Source of the DNA: Macrostomum lignano
Lineage: Eukaryota
NCBI GenBank assembly: GCA_002269645.1
Contig: NIVC01000190.1
Coordinates: forward strand, 124,001-188,000
Reading direction: 5' to 3'
Length of the DNA stretch: 64,000 nt
In this document: positions 31,530-42,271 of the stretch, piece by piece
Layout of the letters: each line of letters starts with the position of its first letter
Numbering within the stretch: position 1 is the stretch's first letter
Program-made: the position numbers and the translations under genes
Notes under the pieces: model-generated
Seen by the model: only the letters and a program-made list of their open reading frames with translations
Database searches by the model: none
What the model was told of the DNA's origin: nothing

Positions 31530-32350
31530 TGGCCAGTGCGAGACTACTTCTATAGGGTGGTGGGTGCTTGTGTGAGGGGTGGTGGGTGCAAGACTGACTT
31601 TTATGGGGTGGTGGGTGCTTGTTTGAGGAGTGGTGGGTGCGAGACTGACTTTTATGGGGTGGTTGGCGTTGTGTGAGGGGTGTTGGGTGCAAGACTGACT
31701 TTTATGGGGTGGTGGGCGCTTGTGTGAGGGGTGGTGGGTGCAAGACTGACTTTTATGGGGTGGTGGGCGCTTGTATGAGGGGTGGTGGGTGCAAGACTGA
31801 CTTTTATGGGGTGGTGGGCGCTTGTGTGAGGGGTGTTGGGTGCAAGACTGACTTTTATGGGGTGGTGGGCGCTTGTGTGAGGGGTGTTGGGTGCAAGACT
31901 GACTTTTATGGGGTGGTGGGCGCTTGTGTGAGGGGTGGTGGGTGCAAGACTGACTTTTATGGGGTGGTGGGCGCTTGTATGAGGGGTGGTGGGTGCAAGA
32001 CTGACTTTTATGGGGTGGTGGGCGCTTGTGTGAGGGGTGGTGGGTGCAAGACTGACTTTTATGGGGTGGTGGGCGCTTGTATGAGGGGTGGTGGGTGCAA
32101 GACTGACTTTTATGGGGTGGTGGGTGCTTGTTTGAGGAGTGGTGGGTGCGAGACTGACCTCTATGAGGTAGTAGTGGGTGCGGGTGAAACACACATACTA
32201 GAATATTTATTCTAGTATCTATTATATATACGAGCTAGTATATTCTAGTAACTATTCTAGTTATCCTAGTATGTGTGGGTGAGGGGTGGTGGTGGTTGCG
32301 AGACCGAGACCGGTGGGAGCGAGATACTGACTTCTATGGGGTGGTGGGTG
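31530..32350. repeat. 51-bp G-rich minisatellite (GGGGTGGTGGGTGCAAGACTGACTTTTATGGGGTGGTGGGCGCTTGTGTGA)
   Basis: Seen directly; the 17-aa periodic ORFs are its translations. Confidence 0.93.
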
Positions 32351-33136
32351 CTGTGAGGGAGGGTGTTGCAGGGTGGAGATGGGCAATCGCTAATGCATGT
32401 AAAATGTTTGGTTCCTTGAATTACTAACACACCGCTATTTTGGGTTCGGAATAAATAATACTTTTAGCATGATGAAATTACTAGAAGTAGCTAATCTAAC
32501 ATTTAACTTTATTAGTTATAGTCTATTTGTTTTAAAACGCACACATTACGACATTCAAAGGCTTCAACACCTACGCTTCAGTACAATAAATTCGACACGT
32601 TATAAATGCATGTATAGGAGCTCTTGCTTAAGTTAATTTAATCACTTTTCTTTGCTTGTAGTCTGTTTTTGATGCCTTTCTATATGCCTATGACACATTA
32701 TACTGTACATGCTTAAATTAAAGCCCTTTAAAACTTTCTAGAGCCATCTATTTAGAACTTTTATAAAACAGATATTCCTGTAATAAAAAAACCTCAATTT
32801 TTCTAATGACTATTACGATAAATCTAAGTATAAAATATTAAATTTGCTTATAAATTACCCTTATTTGCATAGCTATAAATAAATAAGTGCAATACATTAC
32901 CAATTGGCCATTGAAACAAAGGCATAGATGTTCGATTAGACTTATTTATCAGATCTCAACGATCTCAGCAACTTTGTTGTTTATTAAAAAAACATCTTTA
33001 GCTGCTACTAATCAAGCACGGCACTAAGTAGTGCAGTTCGAGCATGCGAAGTCATGCATAATTGAAATTTTCATGGTTGCTATATGCTAAAGTTTAACGT
33101 TAAATTAAATCAAAAGTCTAGCAGCAAGCCACGGGG

Positions 33137-36100
33137 TCATTTTGATGGTGCACCATCGGCAGCTGGCGGAGACTCTGTGTCAATGGACAGGCCGTGCATG
33201 TCGGGAATGAATTTGGCCAGGGCGGCCTTCACCATGCGATGCTGGGCCAGGGTGCGGGCGCCGCGAAACTCGTCAGCAACAATACGCACCTGTGTTGGCA
33301 GGCAAGAAGGGATAGATAGACAATATAGCGGTAATTAACGTATTGTAATTAAAGTGGAATCGATCGCAGGCGATACTATCAGGACCGGTTTCTGTCCCTG
33401 CAGACTTCGATCGTGAAGACGTTTCACAAGCTCGAAATTTCACATCGTTAAAAAGGCTAGTTAGTGAGTGACAGTGACCGACATTTTTAGTTTTCGACAA
33501 TGTGAAACTTCGAGCCTGTGAAAGTGACCGACAGTTTTAGTTTTCGACGATGCGAAACTTTGAGCCTGTGAAAGTGACCGACAGTTTTAGTTTTCGACGA
33601 TGTGAAACTTCGAGCCTGTGAAAGTGACCGACAGTTTTAGTTTTCGACGATGTGAAACTTCGAGCCTGTGAAAGTGACCGACAGTTTTAGTTTTCGACGA
33701 TGTGAAACTTCGAGCCTGTGAAAGTGACCGACAGTTTTAGTTTTCGACGATGTGAAACTTCGAGCCTGTGAAAGTGACCGACAATTTTAGTTTTCGACGA
33801 TGTGAAACTTCGAGCCTGTGAAAGTGATCCGACCTAATGGGCTGGCAAAAGAGAGTTCACCCATTGGCAAGTTTTGCGCCACACTCTATACTTTCTACTC
33901 ATCAGTAGACTAACTCTGACATACGCAAAGTCTAAGTCATCTTTTTTTATTTTACAACCGTAATCCTCATTCAGTGTTTGTTATCGTAGAATTTTCGTTC
34001 GAAATTCGATATGGCGATGTGCATACAGAAATGAAAAAAAACTTTATAGTGTAGTCAACTGACATTGTGAACTCATATAAAAGGCACACTTGCTAACAGT
34101 AGTAGCAGTAATTGGCTACATCAGGCCGAAAGTTTTCAATATTTCAAATTTTCGGGTAAGTTTCCATGAGCAGTCACTCAAATGCCGACCTGAATCTGTC
34201 CACACACACATGCACTCTAGCTAGAGTAAATCAGAATCTTTCATACCGAATGTGGCTTATTTACATTTCAGTAGGATACAAGACAGACTCTATTTGCAAT
34301 TGGTGAGCAACGCCTCCCAGATGGCGCGGGTTCACACGAAAAGTCACTTGAACTAGATTGTAAGAATTGACGTTTGTTTGTCAAATATTTTCGACAAGTT
34401 AAAACTTTTTCCAACATTCATTCTATCAATTTGCAACCAAGTAGCTAGCTACCAAACTATTGAGGCAATTTTAGTCCCAAGTTGAAATGATATTAAAAAC
34501 TATTATTGATTGGATATATAATAGTCAACAACATTAAAAAGTCGTTGGTCGAAAGACACTGACACTGTACACTGCATCACACCGTGGCGCAAGTTACGTC
34601 ACTTGCAGTTGAGGTGAGAGAGAAGTCGCCTCTCTCGGTAGGGTGGCGGTTTTGACTGTTGCTGAGTGTATATATTGCCTTTCTTACGACTCTATTGATG
34701 TTCATTAAGATTTTCGTTTAGAAAATTAAAATTCTATATATATTAATCCTATATCCTACGTCGATCGTGCATGTATACTGTGCCTAAAATAATAAGAATG
34801 GCACAGCTCGACTCATTGGTTTCATGAATCTAATTTTATCATCCTTAGCTGACTGTGTAACAAAATAGGGGTGCTTTCACAAAGTCGAAATTTTACAACG
34901 TCAAAAAACTTAATATAACAAGAACATGCAGTAGTTTTCTACGTAGTGAAATTTCGACCTTATGAAGTCTTGCTAAAAGTTTTCGATGCTATGAAATTTC
35001 AACCTAGTCCTTGTAACCGAGTTTTGTATTACCAAAAAACTTTTACGCCCAAACAACCTAGCCACCAGCTACTTGTAATGCAGTTTGGGAAAATAAAGAA
35101 AAAACTTTCCAGCAGAAATAAAGAGACTAGCACTTTGTTGCAAGCCTCTTTGAAAGCAATTTCTCATTCAGGTGTTGACTGTCAATATAATATTATAGGC
35201 TTGGCTAAGGGCGTTGCCTGAATGAACAAATTTTGAGTGACGGATCTGTTCTTTAAACCAGATGCGTTTTCGTCGAGTTTACACCTGATAATTCCACGAC
35301 AATAGAGTAAGAGACTCTTTAATATTCTAATTAAAGAATGTACTAATATAGAGGTAAGAGGACAGCGAACTAGTTTATCGCAGGTAACAGTAAACACCAT
35401 CTCGTCAATTAAGGTCAGTTGCAGGCTTGTTCAATCAAACGGAGATACGCATTCACACAGAACCGACAGCTTTGCTGCTCCACCGCAGTCGTTTAACATG
35501 GTACTGGATTTGTATCTACAGACCGAATTCTCGATCCGCAAATTATTGTTTGGCTCGCCAGCAGCCCACAGTGTGCTATTCAAAGCGATATTGCAGGACA
35601 CCCAGATCCAGCCACCTGCGGGCTCAGGACTGCCAGGAATCTGCCAACCGCCCAACCAGAATGACCGTCCGACGCTGTAATTTTCGTGCAATAAATCGAC
35701 ATGATTCATTTCCGCGATATTCATTACGTCGGTCATGATTACCAGACCGCTTTCAGATTCGCACAACTGCCTACTCTTCATCCAATCCATCAGTTTGGAA
35801 GAGTGCAGTTTGTACTTCACTCCGCACAGGTCGTCTCCGTAGCCAGACGGACACAGCGCGCCCGCCTCGAGTCCCGGCTGCTGCTTCACAAACACCCGGC
35901 CTCTCCTGGAGCAGCCGCAGTCCCTCACCGACTTGCTGCACTTGTCGAACACGAACAGCTGGCACGGACCGTCAGCCAGGCTGAACGCCTGACAGCGCCG
36001 GTCTCTGGCGCACAGCATTGAGCAGCCGGCATGATTGGTGCAGGTGCCGATGGTGCGGACGAACTCACGGCGAATGCACAGAAAACCATCGATCTCCTTG

Positions 36101-39100
36101 AAGGAGTAGCTTAAGCGACATTGTTGATTGCACAACGCGTATTGGGCAACGATTATGTAATAGAGCAGCACAGCATATTTAAATGTAGATCTGGACAGCA
36201 TGCCGCTTATAGTTGTTCGTGTTGACGGTAGCTAACAAATTCAAAACTCGTCTGTTTGGCCCAGTGTCCTGAGATCTATTTCCACTCTAATATACTCAGA
36301 TATTCTAGCACAGAGATACGCAATATTCTGATTGGATAATTATGGATCCAGCAAATGGTAGCCCACGAAAAAAACTTGCCGGAATGGACTGAATGCAGCT
36401 TCTTAATTTAGCTATAGATTTTTGAAAATCCACTGTCACTTCTTCTGATATTGCTAAGTATGATATGGGTTAGCGGCTAGTGCATTCGTTGGCTAGAAAT
36501 TTCACGTGTCAAAGTTAAAGTCGAAGTTTTGCTAGTTACTTCCGCTAGCAAGGAGAGCCGCAGCCCAGTAGTCTGGCGCGGCGCTCGGACGTGCCAGCGG
36601 CCTAGGCTCGATTCCAAGTGCAGTCGCATTAATTAAAGGCTACATATTGGAATCTCGGCTTGGCTCTGCTCGTGCAATTAACGCCCAGTTTGAGGGCCAA
36701 CAACCCCCAAGGCACAGTACTACTATGGACTGCAAAATCCGGGCGTTTTGGAGGTGGGGTGGGTGTCAACCCTCCTCGCCTCTCATTGGCTGGCGCGCGC
36801 GCGCCGCAGGCGCGTGGCGCCAAGCGCCATCCAGGCGCGCGGCGCCAATCAGGCGCCCATGCCGCAGGCGCACCCTCCCGATATGTACCCCGATATGTAC
36901 ACCCTCCCGATATGTATGCCCACCCTCCAGAGCAGCAGGCGCCCATGCCGCAGAAGCCCCACTCTCCCAAGCCGCAGGCACCCCGAGTGTACACTCTACC
37001 ATGCCGCAGGCACCCCGAGTGTATACACTCTCCTCAGTACACTCTCCCCAGTACACTCTCCCGATATGTAGTCAATGATATTAGGCTAGCGAAAACTACT
37101 TATAGTAGGTGAAATTGCGTATATTTACATAAAAAAGTAGATAAAACATATTGGTAAGTGTAAATATTGGTGCATAATGCATATTAAAATATACATATTG
37201 GTGCATAATAAGTATATGAGCAGCAAAAAACACACAATGTAGGCGCATATTATTGATATATTGGCAGACGGTAAAGCAAACATAATAGCAGGTACATATC
37301 GCATTATTAGTGTAGTAGGTGCTAATAAAACATAGGTGGAAATGCACAGTAGATACAAGTATAATGCAGGTGCATATTAAAAATGTACATATTGGTGTAT
37401 AATGCATATAGGTGTACAAACTTAGGTATAGCAAAATACACACAATGATATTATCGTTATATTGGCGGACGGTAAAACAGGCAAAATAGCAGGTACATAC
37501 CGTTTTGTTAGTGTAGTAGGCAGATTCAAGTATACTGCAGGAAAATTAAACATAGGTTGAAATACACACACACACACGCAGTAGATACAAGTATAATGCG
37601 ACCATACGAGGGGCACTAGATAAGTTTCTAGCTGCGGTCGACATGTAACAGTTATAAAGATGAAACTTTCAGAGCTTTTCAAAGTACTCTCCATCAGCTT
37701 GGATGCACCGCCTCATCCGCTCAAACCAAGTTTCAAAGCAGTGGCGCCACTCTGAGTGGGATACCCCCTCAACGGCCGATCTATAGGCATCAACAGCCTC
37801 TTCGGCGGAGGAAAATCGGCACCCTCGCATGGAATTCTTGATGAATGGAAATAAAAAAAGTCACACGGTGCCAGGTCAGGTGAATATGGTGGATGACTGA
37901 GCTGCTGGAAGCCCACCGTCTGTAGAAACTCTCGAGTTCGATTCGCCGTGTGCGCACTGGCGTTGTCCTGGTGCAGCCAGAGACCTCGAACGCCGCACTT
38001 TGGCCGCGCCTCTTTAAGGCTGCTGATGACACGCGGCAGGCAGACGGTGCAGTACCAATCTGCAGTCACTGTGCGCTGGCTCTCGAGTGCTACAGTCGCA
38101 ATGTGGCCAGTCTTTCGGAAGAAAGTTGCCACCATTTGCTTGCCAGTGCTCCGACCCCTGACAACCTTGGTCGGCGGGGCTTCATCTTCAAAAGCCCACA
38201 CACGCGACTGGCATTTCCGCTCGGGTTCGTAGCAATACACCCACGTTTCGTCACATGTGACAATGTCTGTGACAGACTTCGACGTCCCTCCGCCAAACCT
38301 GTCCAGCATTTCCTGGCACCAGCTCATGCGGGCCTGCTTCTGCTCGGTGGTGAGCAAATGCGGCACCCAGCGACTGGTCAGCTTGCGGACAGCGAGGTGA
38401 TCACGAAGGATAGAAGCGACTGTCGGCGATGAGATTCCAAGACATGCCTCAATCGTTTGATACGTCACTCGCCGATCAGCCTCAATCATGCGCCGCACGC
38501 GGTCGATAGTTTCAGGTGTCGTCACTGAAACAGGTCGGCCGGTTCGACCTTCGTCTTCCAAGCTGTCTCGGCCACGCTTGAACTCCCGGAACCAGGCGGT
38601 GACGGTGGCGATGGATGGCGCAAGGTTAGGAAAGGCAGCAGACAGCCGCTCGTGGCACTGGTGAAATGTCAAGCCGCTCTTAAAATCGTAGAAAATCATG
38701 GCACGAAAGTGTTCACGATTGAGCTCCATTACAGTGCTGAAAGAGTCACAAACCTTGTTGAGATAAAATGCGACAGTGAGAGAATGGTGACAATTAGGTG
38801 CATGAAACTTTGGGGACCATGATAAAACTTCTAATTCAATATGCTCAGAAAATATGGCCTAATTTGAATAAACGGTTTGACCGCAGCTAAAAACTTATCT
38901 AGTGCCCCTCGTATATAGGTAAAATACACACTGTAGATTCAAATTAATGGAGGTGCATGGGCTAAAATACACACACGGAAGGTAAAAAGATAAGATAAAA
39001 GATAGAAGACATGATTAGCAGCAGCAGCAGAGAGCTCTCTGACAGCCGTGCAGCGCTTTATATACCCCAGATGGAGGGTGGGGAGGGTGTGATTTTAGGG

Positions 39101-40539
39101 GTGATTTTGGGTGATTCTGGTTGGTTTTCTTGGTGATTTGACCAATAATAGACGCGCTAAGCAGGTTTCTAGTATATATTCAGACCCCCCAGAACAGGGG
39201 TAGAGAGATAATCCTACTCTCTCTCTCTCTCTCTCTGTGTGCAAAATGGCTACTTTTTTATCTACTTATTATCTACTTTTTTATGTAAATATACGCAATT
39301 TCACCTACTATAAGTAGTTTTCGCTAGCCTAATATCATTGACTACATATCGGGAGAGTGTACTGGGGAGAGTGTACTGAGGAGAGTGTATACACTCGGGG
39401 TGCCTGCGGCATGGGAGAGTGTACACTCGGGGTGCCTGCGGCTTGGGAGAGTGGGGCGCCTGCTGCTCTGGAGGGTGGGCATACATATCGGGAGGGTGTA
39501 CATATCGGGGTACATATCGGGAGGGTGCGCCTGCGGCATGGGCGCCTGCTGCTCTGGAGGGTGGGCATACATATCGGGAGGGTGTACATATCGGGGTACA
39601 TATCGGGAGGGTGCGCCTGCGGCATACATATCGGGAGGGTGTACATATCGGGGTACATATCGTGAGGGTGCGCCTGCGGCATGGGCGCCTGCTGCTCTGG
39701 AGGGTGGGCATACATATCGGGAGGGTGTACATATCGGGGTACATATCGGGAGGGTGCGCCTGCGGCATACATATCGGGAGGGTGTACATATCGGGGTACA
39801 TATCGGGAGGGTGCGCCTGCGGCATGGGCGCCTGATTGGCGCCGCGCGCCTCGATGGCGCTTGGCGCCACGCGCGCGCCAGCCAATGAGAGGCGAGGAGG
39901 GTTGACACCCACCCCACCTCCAAAACGCCCGGATTTTGCAGTCCATAGTAGTCACAGTGAAGTGTACATGTCTAACGATAAATAGAGATAGGGGCAGGGC
40001 CGCTGTACACTCCTGTGTGTATGCCTGTTCAGAGGAGTCGGCGGAATGGGCAGTAATGCCTCTCGCCGGTTGTGCGACAAATATCGCTTAAAGTGCGCGA
40101 TGCACACGGCCTCTGTCTTCAAACATTTGCGTTAGACCACAACTTGAACGAATTTCAACAAAGTGAAAACAATCAAGTATTTTTAAAAACATACGGCATA
40201 ACCCACCTGATACATCTGACCGCAGCCCCCGCTGACATCCTCTACCGTGACAGAACGCGTCCCGGGAAAAGCCGTTCGCAAAGCCGACTCAATCTGCTTC
40301 TCACCGTCTGTAGCCACCCTGGTACTGTTACTATTATTATTATTATTACTATAGCAACTGGCTACTACTGAAACCAGCGGACGAGTAGTTAGTTGAGAAC
40401 ACTGACTCAGCGGTCTAGACAGGCAATGATGCTGCCGCTGAGAAGTAGAGAGCAAAAATGAGGCCAGTCGAGTTGTCGATCTGAGAAGCGACACATGGCG
40501 GCTGCCCATCGTTAGAGCTGTCACTCGTTGAAGAGACAT
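33137..40539 (-). CDS. BOLA3: BolA-like protein 3 (mitochondrial Fe-S factor). Exons 40207-40539 (alternative ATG 40509) and 33137-33289
   Basis: Exon 1 has an R/S-rich presequence plus EKQIESALRTAFPGTRSVTVEDVSGGCGQMYQ (BOLA3 signature DxSGGCG); exon 2 reads VRIVADEFRGARTLAQHRMVKAAL...DMHGLSIDT. Phase-0 GT-AG intron of about 6.9 kb. Confidence 0.92.
33475..33830. repeat. 50-bp minisatellite, about 7 copies (ACAGTTTTAGTTTTCGACGATGTGAAACTTCGAGCCTGTGAAAGTGACCG)
   Basis: Seen directly; an inverted partial unit lies at 33422-33447. Confidence 0.93.
35431..36201 (-). CDS. Intronless secreted PAN/apple-like plus C-type lectin protein (256 aa), nested in the BOLA3 intron
   Basis: Hydrophobic signal peptide; PAN-like CSMLCARDRRCQAFS...CQL; CTLD motifs WMKSRQLCES, FWLGG, WIW, LWAAGEPNN, LNDC...SVLCE. 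Confidence 0.88.
   Translation of the reverse strand: MLSRSTFKYAVLLYYIIVAQYALCNQQCRLSYSFKEIDGFLCIRREFVRTIGTCTNHAGCSMLCARDRRCQAFSLADGPCQLFVFDKCSKSVRDCGCSRRGRVFVKQQPGLEAGALCPSGYGDDLCGVKYKLHSSKLMDWMKSRQLCESESGLVIMTDVMNIAEMNHVDLLHENYSVGRSFWLGGWQIPGSPEPAGGWIWVSCNIALNSTLWAAGEPNNNLRIENSVCRYKSSTMLNDCGGAAKLSVLCECVSPFD
37607..38911 (-). mobile_element. Mariner transposon, 1305 bp, TA TSD, about 33-bp TIRs
   Basis: TIR CGAGGGGCACTAGATAAGTTT(C/T)TAGCTGCGGTC at both ends (one mismatch); TA at 37605-37606 and 38912-38913. Confidence 0.95.
37669..38729 (-). CDS. Mariner DD34D transposase with one frameshift near 37853-37859
   Basis: GRP, WVPHLL, VTCDETW, LHQDNA and YSPDLAPCD motifs; adding one T to the T7 run restores LFPFIKNSMRG...WFERMRRCIQADGEYFEKL-stop. 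Confidence 0.93.
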
Positions 40540-40623
40540 GCATGAAACACAAACAGATTGATAAATGTTATCCTTAGTTTTTTGCATGTGCATCCTAATC
40601 ATTTATAACTTTTTAATATACTT

Positions 40624-40853
40624 AGGGGGTTGTAGCCAAGTGGTCCGAGTGGCCCACCCGGATAAAATTTGTGTCCCTGAGCAAGACACTTTACTCTGCA
40701 TTGCTTCAGTTCACCCCAGCTGTAAAATGGGTGCCAGCATTAGCTGGGGTAATTGAGGGTGTGTGTGGCGACCCCCCAGTCCTTGGACTGAACAGCCGTA
40801 CGCAGCCTTCAGATGCACTGCGCAAATAGCTGCGGCTGAGCTGTCGGTTGCAC
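40624..40853 (+). mobile_element. SINE family B, about 85 bp upstream of the BOLA3 ATG
   Basis: TGTGTCCCTGAGCAAGACACTTTACTCTGCATTGCTTCAGTTCACCCCAGCTGTAAAATGGGTGCC and the shared 3' end. Confidence 0.87.
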
Positions 40854-42271
40854 GTCGGACCCAATTGGGGTAGGAGTAATCAGTTATTATTATGACGTAC
40901 AACTCATTGGGGCAGTGTGACGTACAATTCCTTAATAAAGAAAGGAAATAAAAATATTACACATATATGATGAATTAGAACACAATCAAACAAATTTATT
41001 ATCAATAATTTTATTACAATCACAATAATAATCAATAAACTCACTTTATCTTAAAAATTGATAACAAATTATGTAGTACAGTACGAGTACTCCAAGAATA
41101 ATTGTACTTATCGTAGAAAAACAATCCAAAGTTTATTATTGCACTGTGACACAATTTTTCTTCAGAATAAATTATCACTTAGTAAAATTTTGGAAATTGT
41201 CAGAAAGTATCATTGATTTATTGTACTGGGCTTGGAAATATTATCAAAACCTTGAGGCTTTTCAAATCATTTTTATTGGGCCAACGACCCACAATGAGCG
41301 CAGACTCCGCTGACTCTTGAGCACAGACAAGAGCGCCAGTATAGCATTTTGCAAGCTAGTAGAGACCACGAGCAAGCAATTTAATCCGAGATAGCAAAAA
41401 CACATGCATTTTGAGCCCCACTGCTAGCTGTCCATGGTAAAAAGTGTGTCAAACCGGCAGGCAATTCAATCCTTGGAGCACCCATTTAAGCACTGAAATC
41501 CATAAACAGCGCTGTCTATGCCGTTCCACTCTCAGTTTTTTCAACATGTCAGACGAAAGTGACCAAGCCAGCACCATTTTTGAAGACAGTGAAACATCTA
41601 GCAGTCGGAGCGCCACCTGTGCAATATGCTAAGATTAGCGACAAAAAGCATAGATTGATAATCGACGCTATCGACAGAGGCGATAACAACAGAAGCATTG
41701 CCAACTTAGCACGCAGGCAAGAATTCGCACAGGCTGCATCGCTGGAGATGTGATTATGTAACTTACTGAAGTCTAAACGTACATGCAAAAACTTTTCTGT
41801 CGTGTGTTTCTTTATATGCAGGGTTCGTTAAGTGAACTTTTTTGCTGAACCTTGTTCTACGTCGTAACTTTTTCATATGGAGATTCCTGGTTGGTTTTGT
41901 TGGAGGCATGCATGAAATAAATGGCCGAGCAAGATAGTGCTTGATGAGTGCTCCAAGGATTAAATTGCCTGCCGGTTTGACACACTTTCTACCATAGACA
42001 ACTAGCAGTGAGGCTCAAAATGCATGTGTTTTTGCTATCTCGGATTAAATTGCTTGCTCGTAGTCTCTACTAGCCTGCAAAATGCTATACTATACGCAGG
42101 CACAGCACTTGTACACTCTCTGCGTCCTGGGCTGGGTGCATTGGCCCTCATGGCTGTGAATCACACGACAACGTCAATTTTTGTACACAATGCGGTCGCC
42201 AACCGAAGTTCACAGCATATTACAGTGAAAAGTGAATTGAATTCAGTAATATAGGCTTTCCCAATTATTGT

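Larger units (their letters stand above)
36719..39952. mobile_element. Non-autonomous long-TIR DNA element (TIRs 36719-37144 and 39269-39952; 6-bp TSD CACAGT)
   Basis: Termini ACTACTATGGACTGCAAAATCCGGGCG and its exact reverse complement; GC-rich internal subrepeats; TSD defined by the interrupted SINE. Confidence 0.88.
36560..40110 (+). mobile_element. SINE family A split by a long-TIR element (36560-36718 and 39953-40110)
   Basis: The two halves rejoin into the consensus ...CCCCAAGGCACAGT/GAAGTGTACATG..., with CACAGT duplicated. Confidence 0.88.

Noticed and set aside
36629-37112. Overlapping ORFs repeated at 39301-39955
   Set aside because: They are the two TIR arms read in multiple frames.
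41549-41790. Short ORF resembling a transposase HTH (YAKISDKKHRLIIDAIDRG)
   Set aside because: No catalytic domain or TIR found; too little evidence to call.
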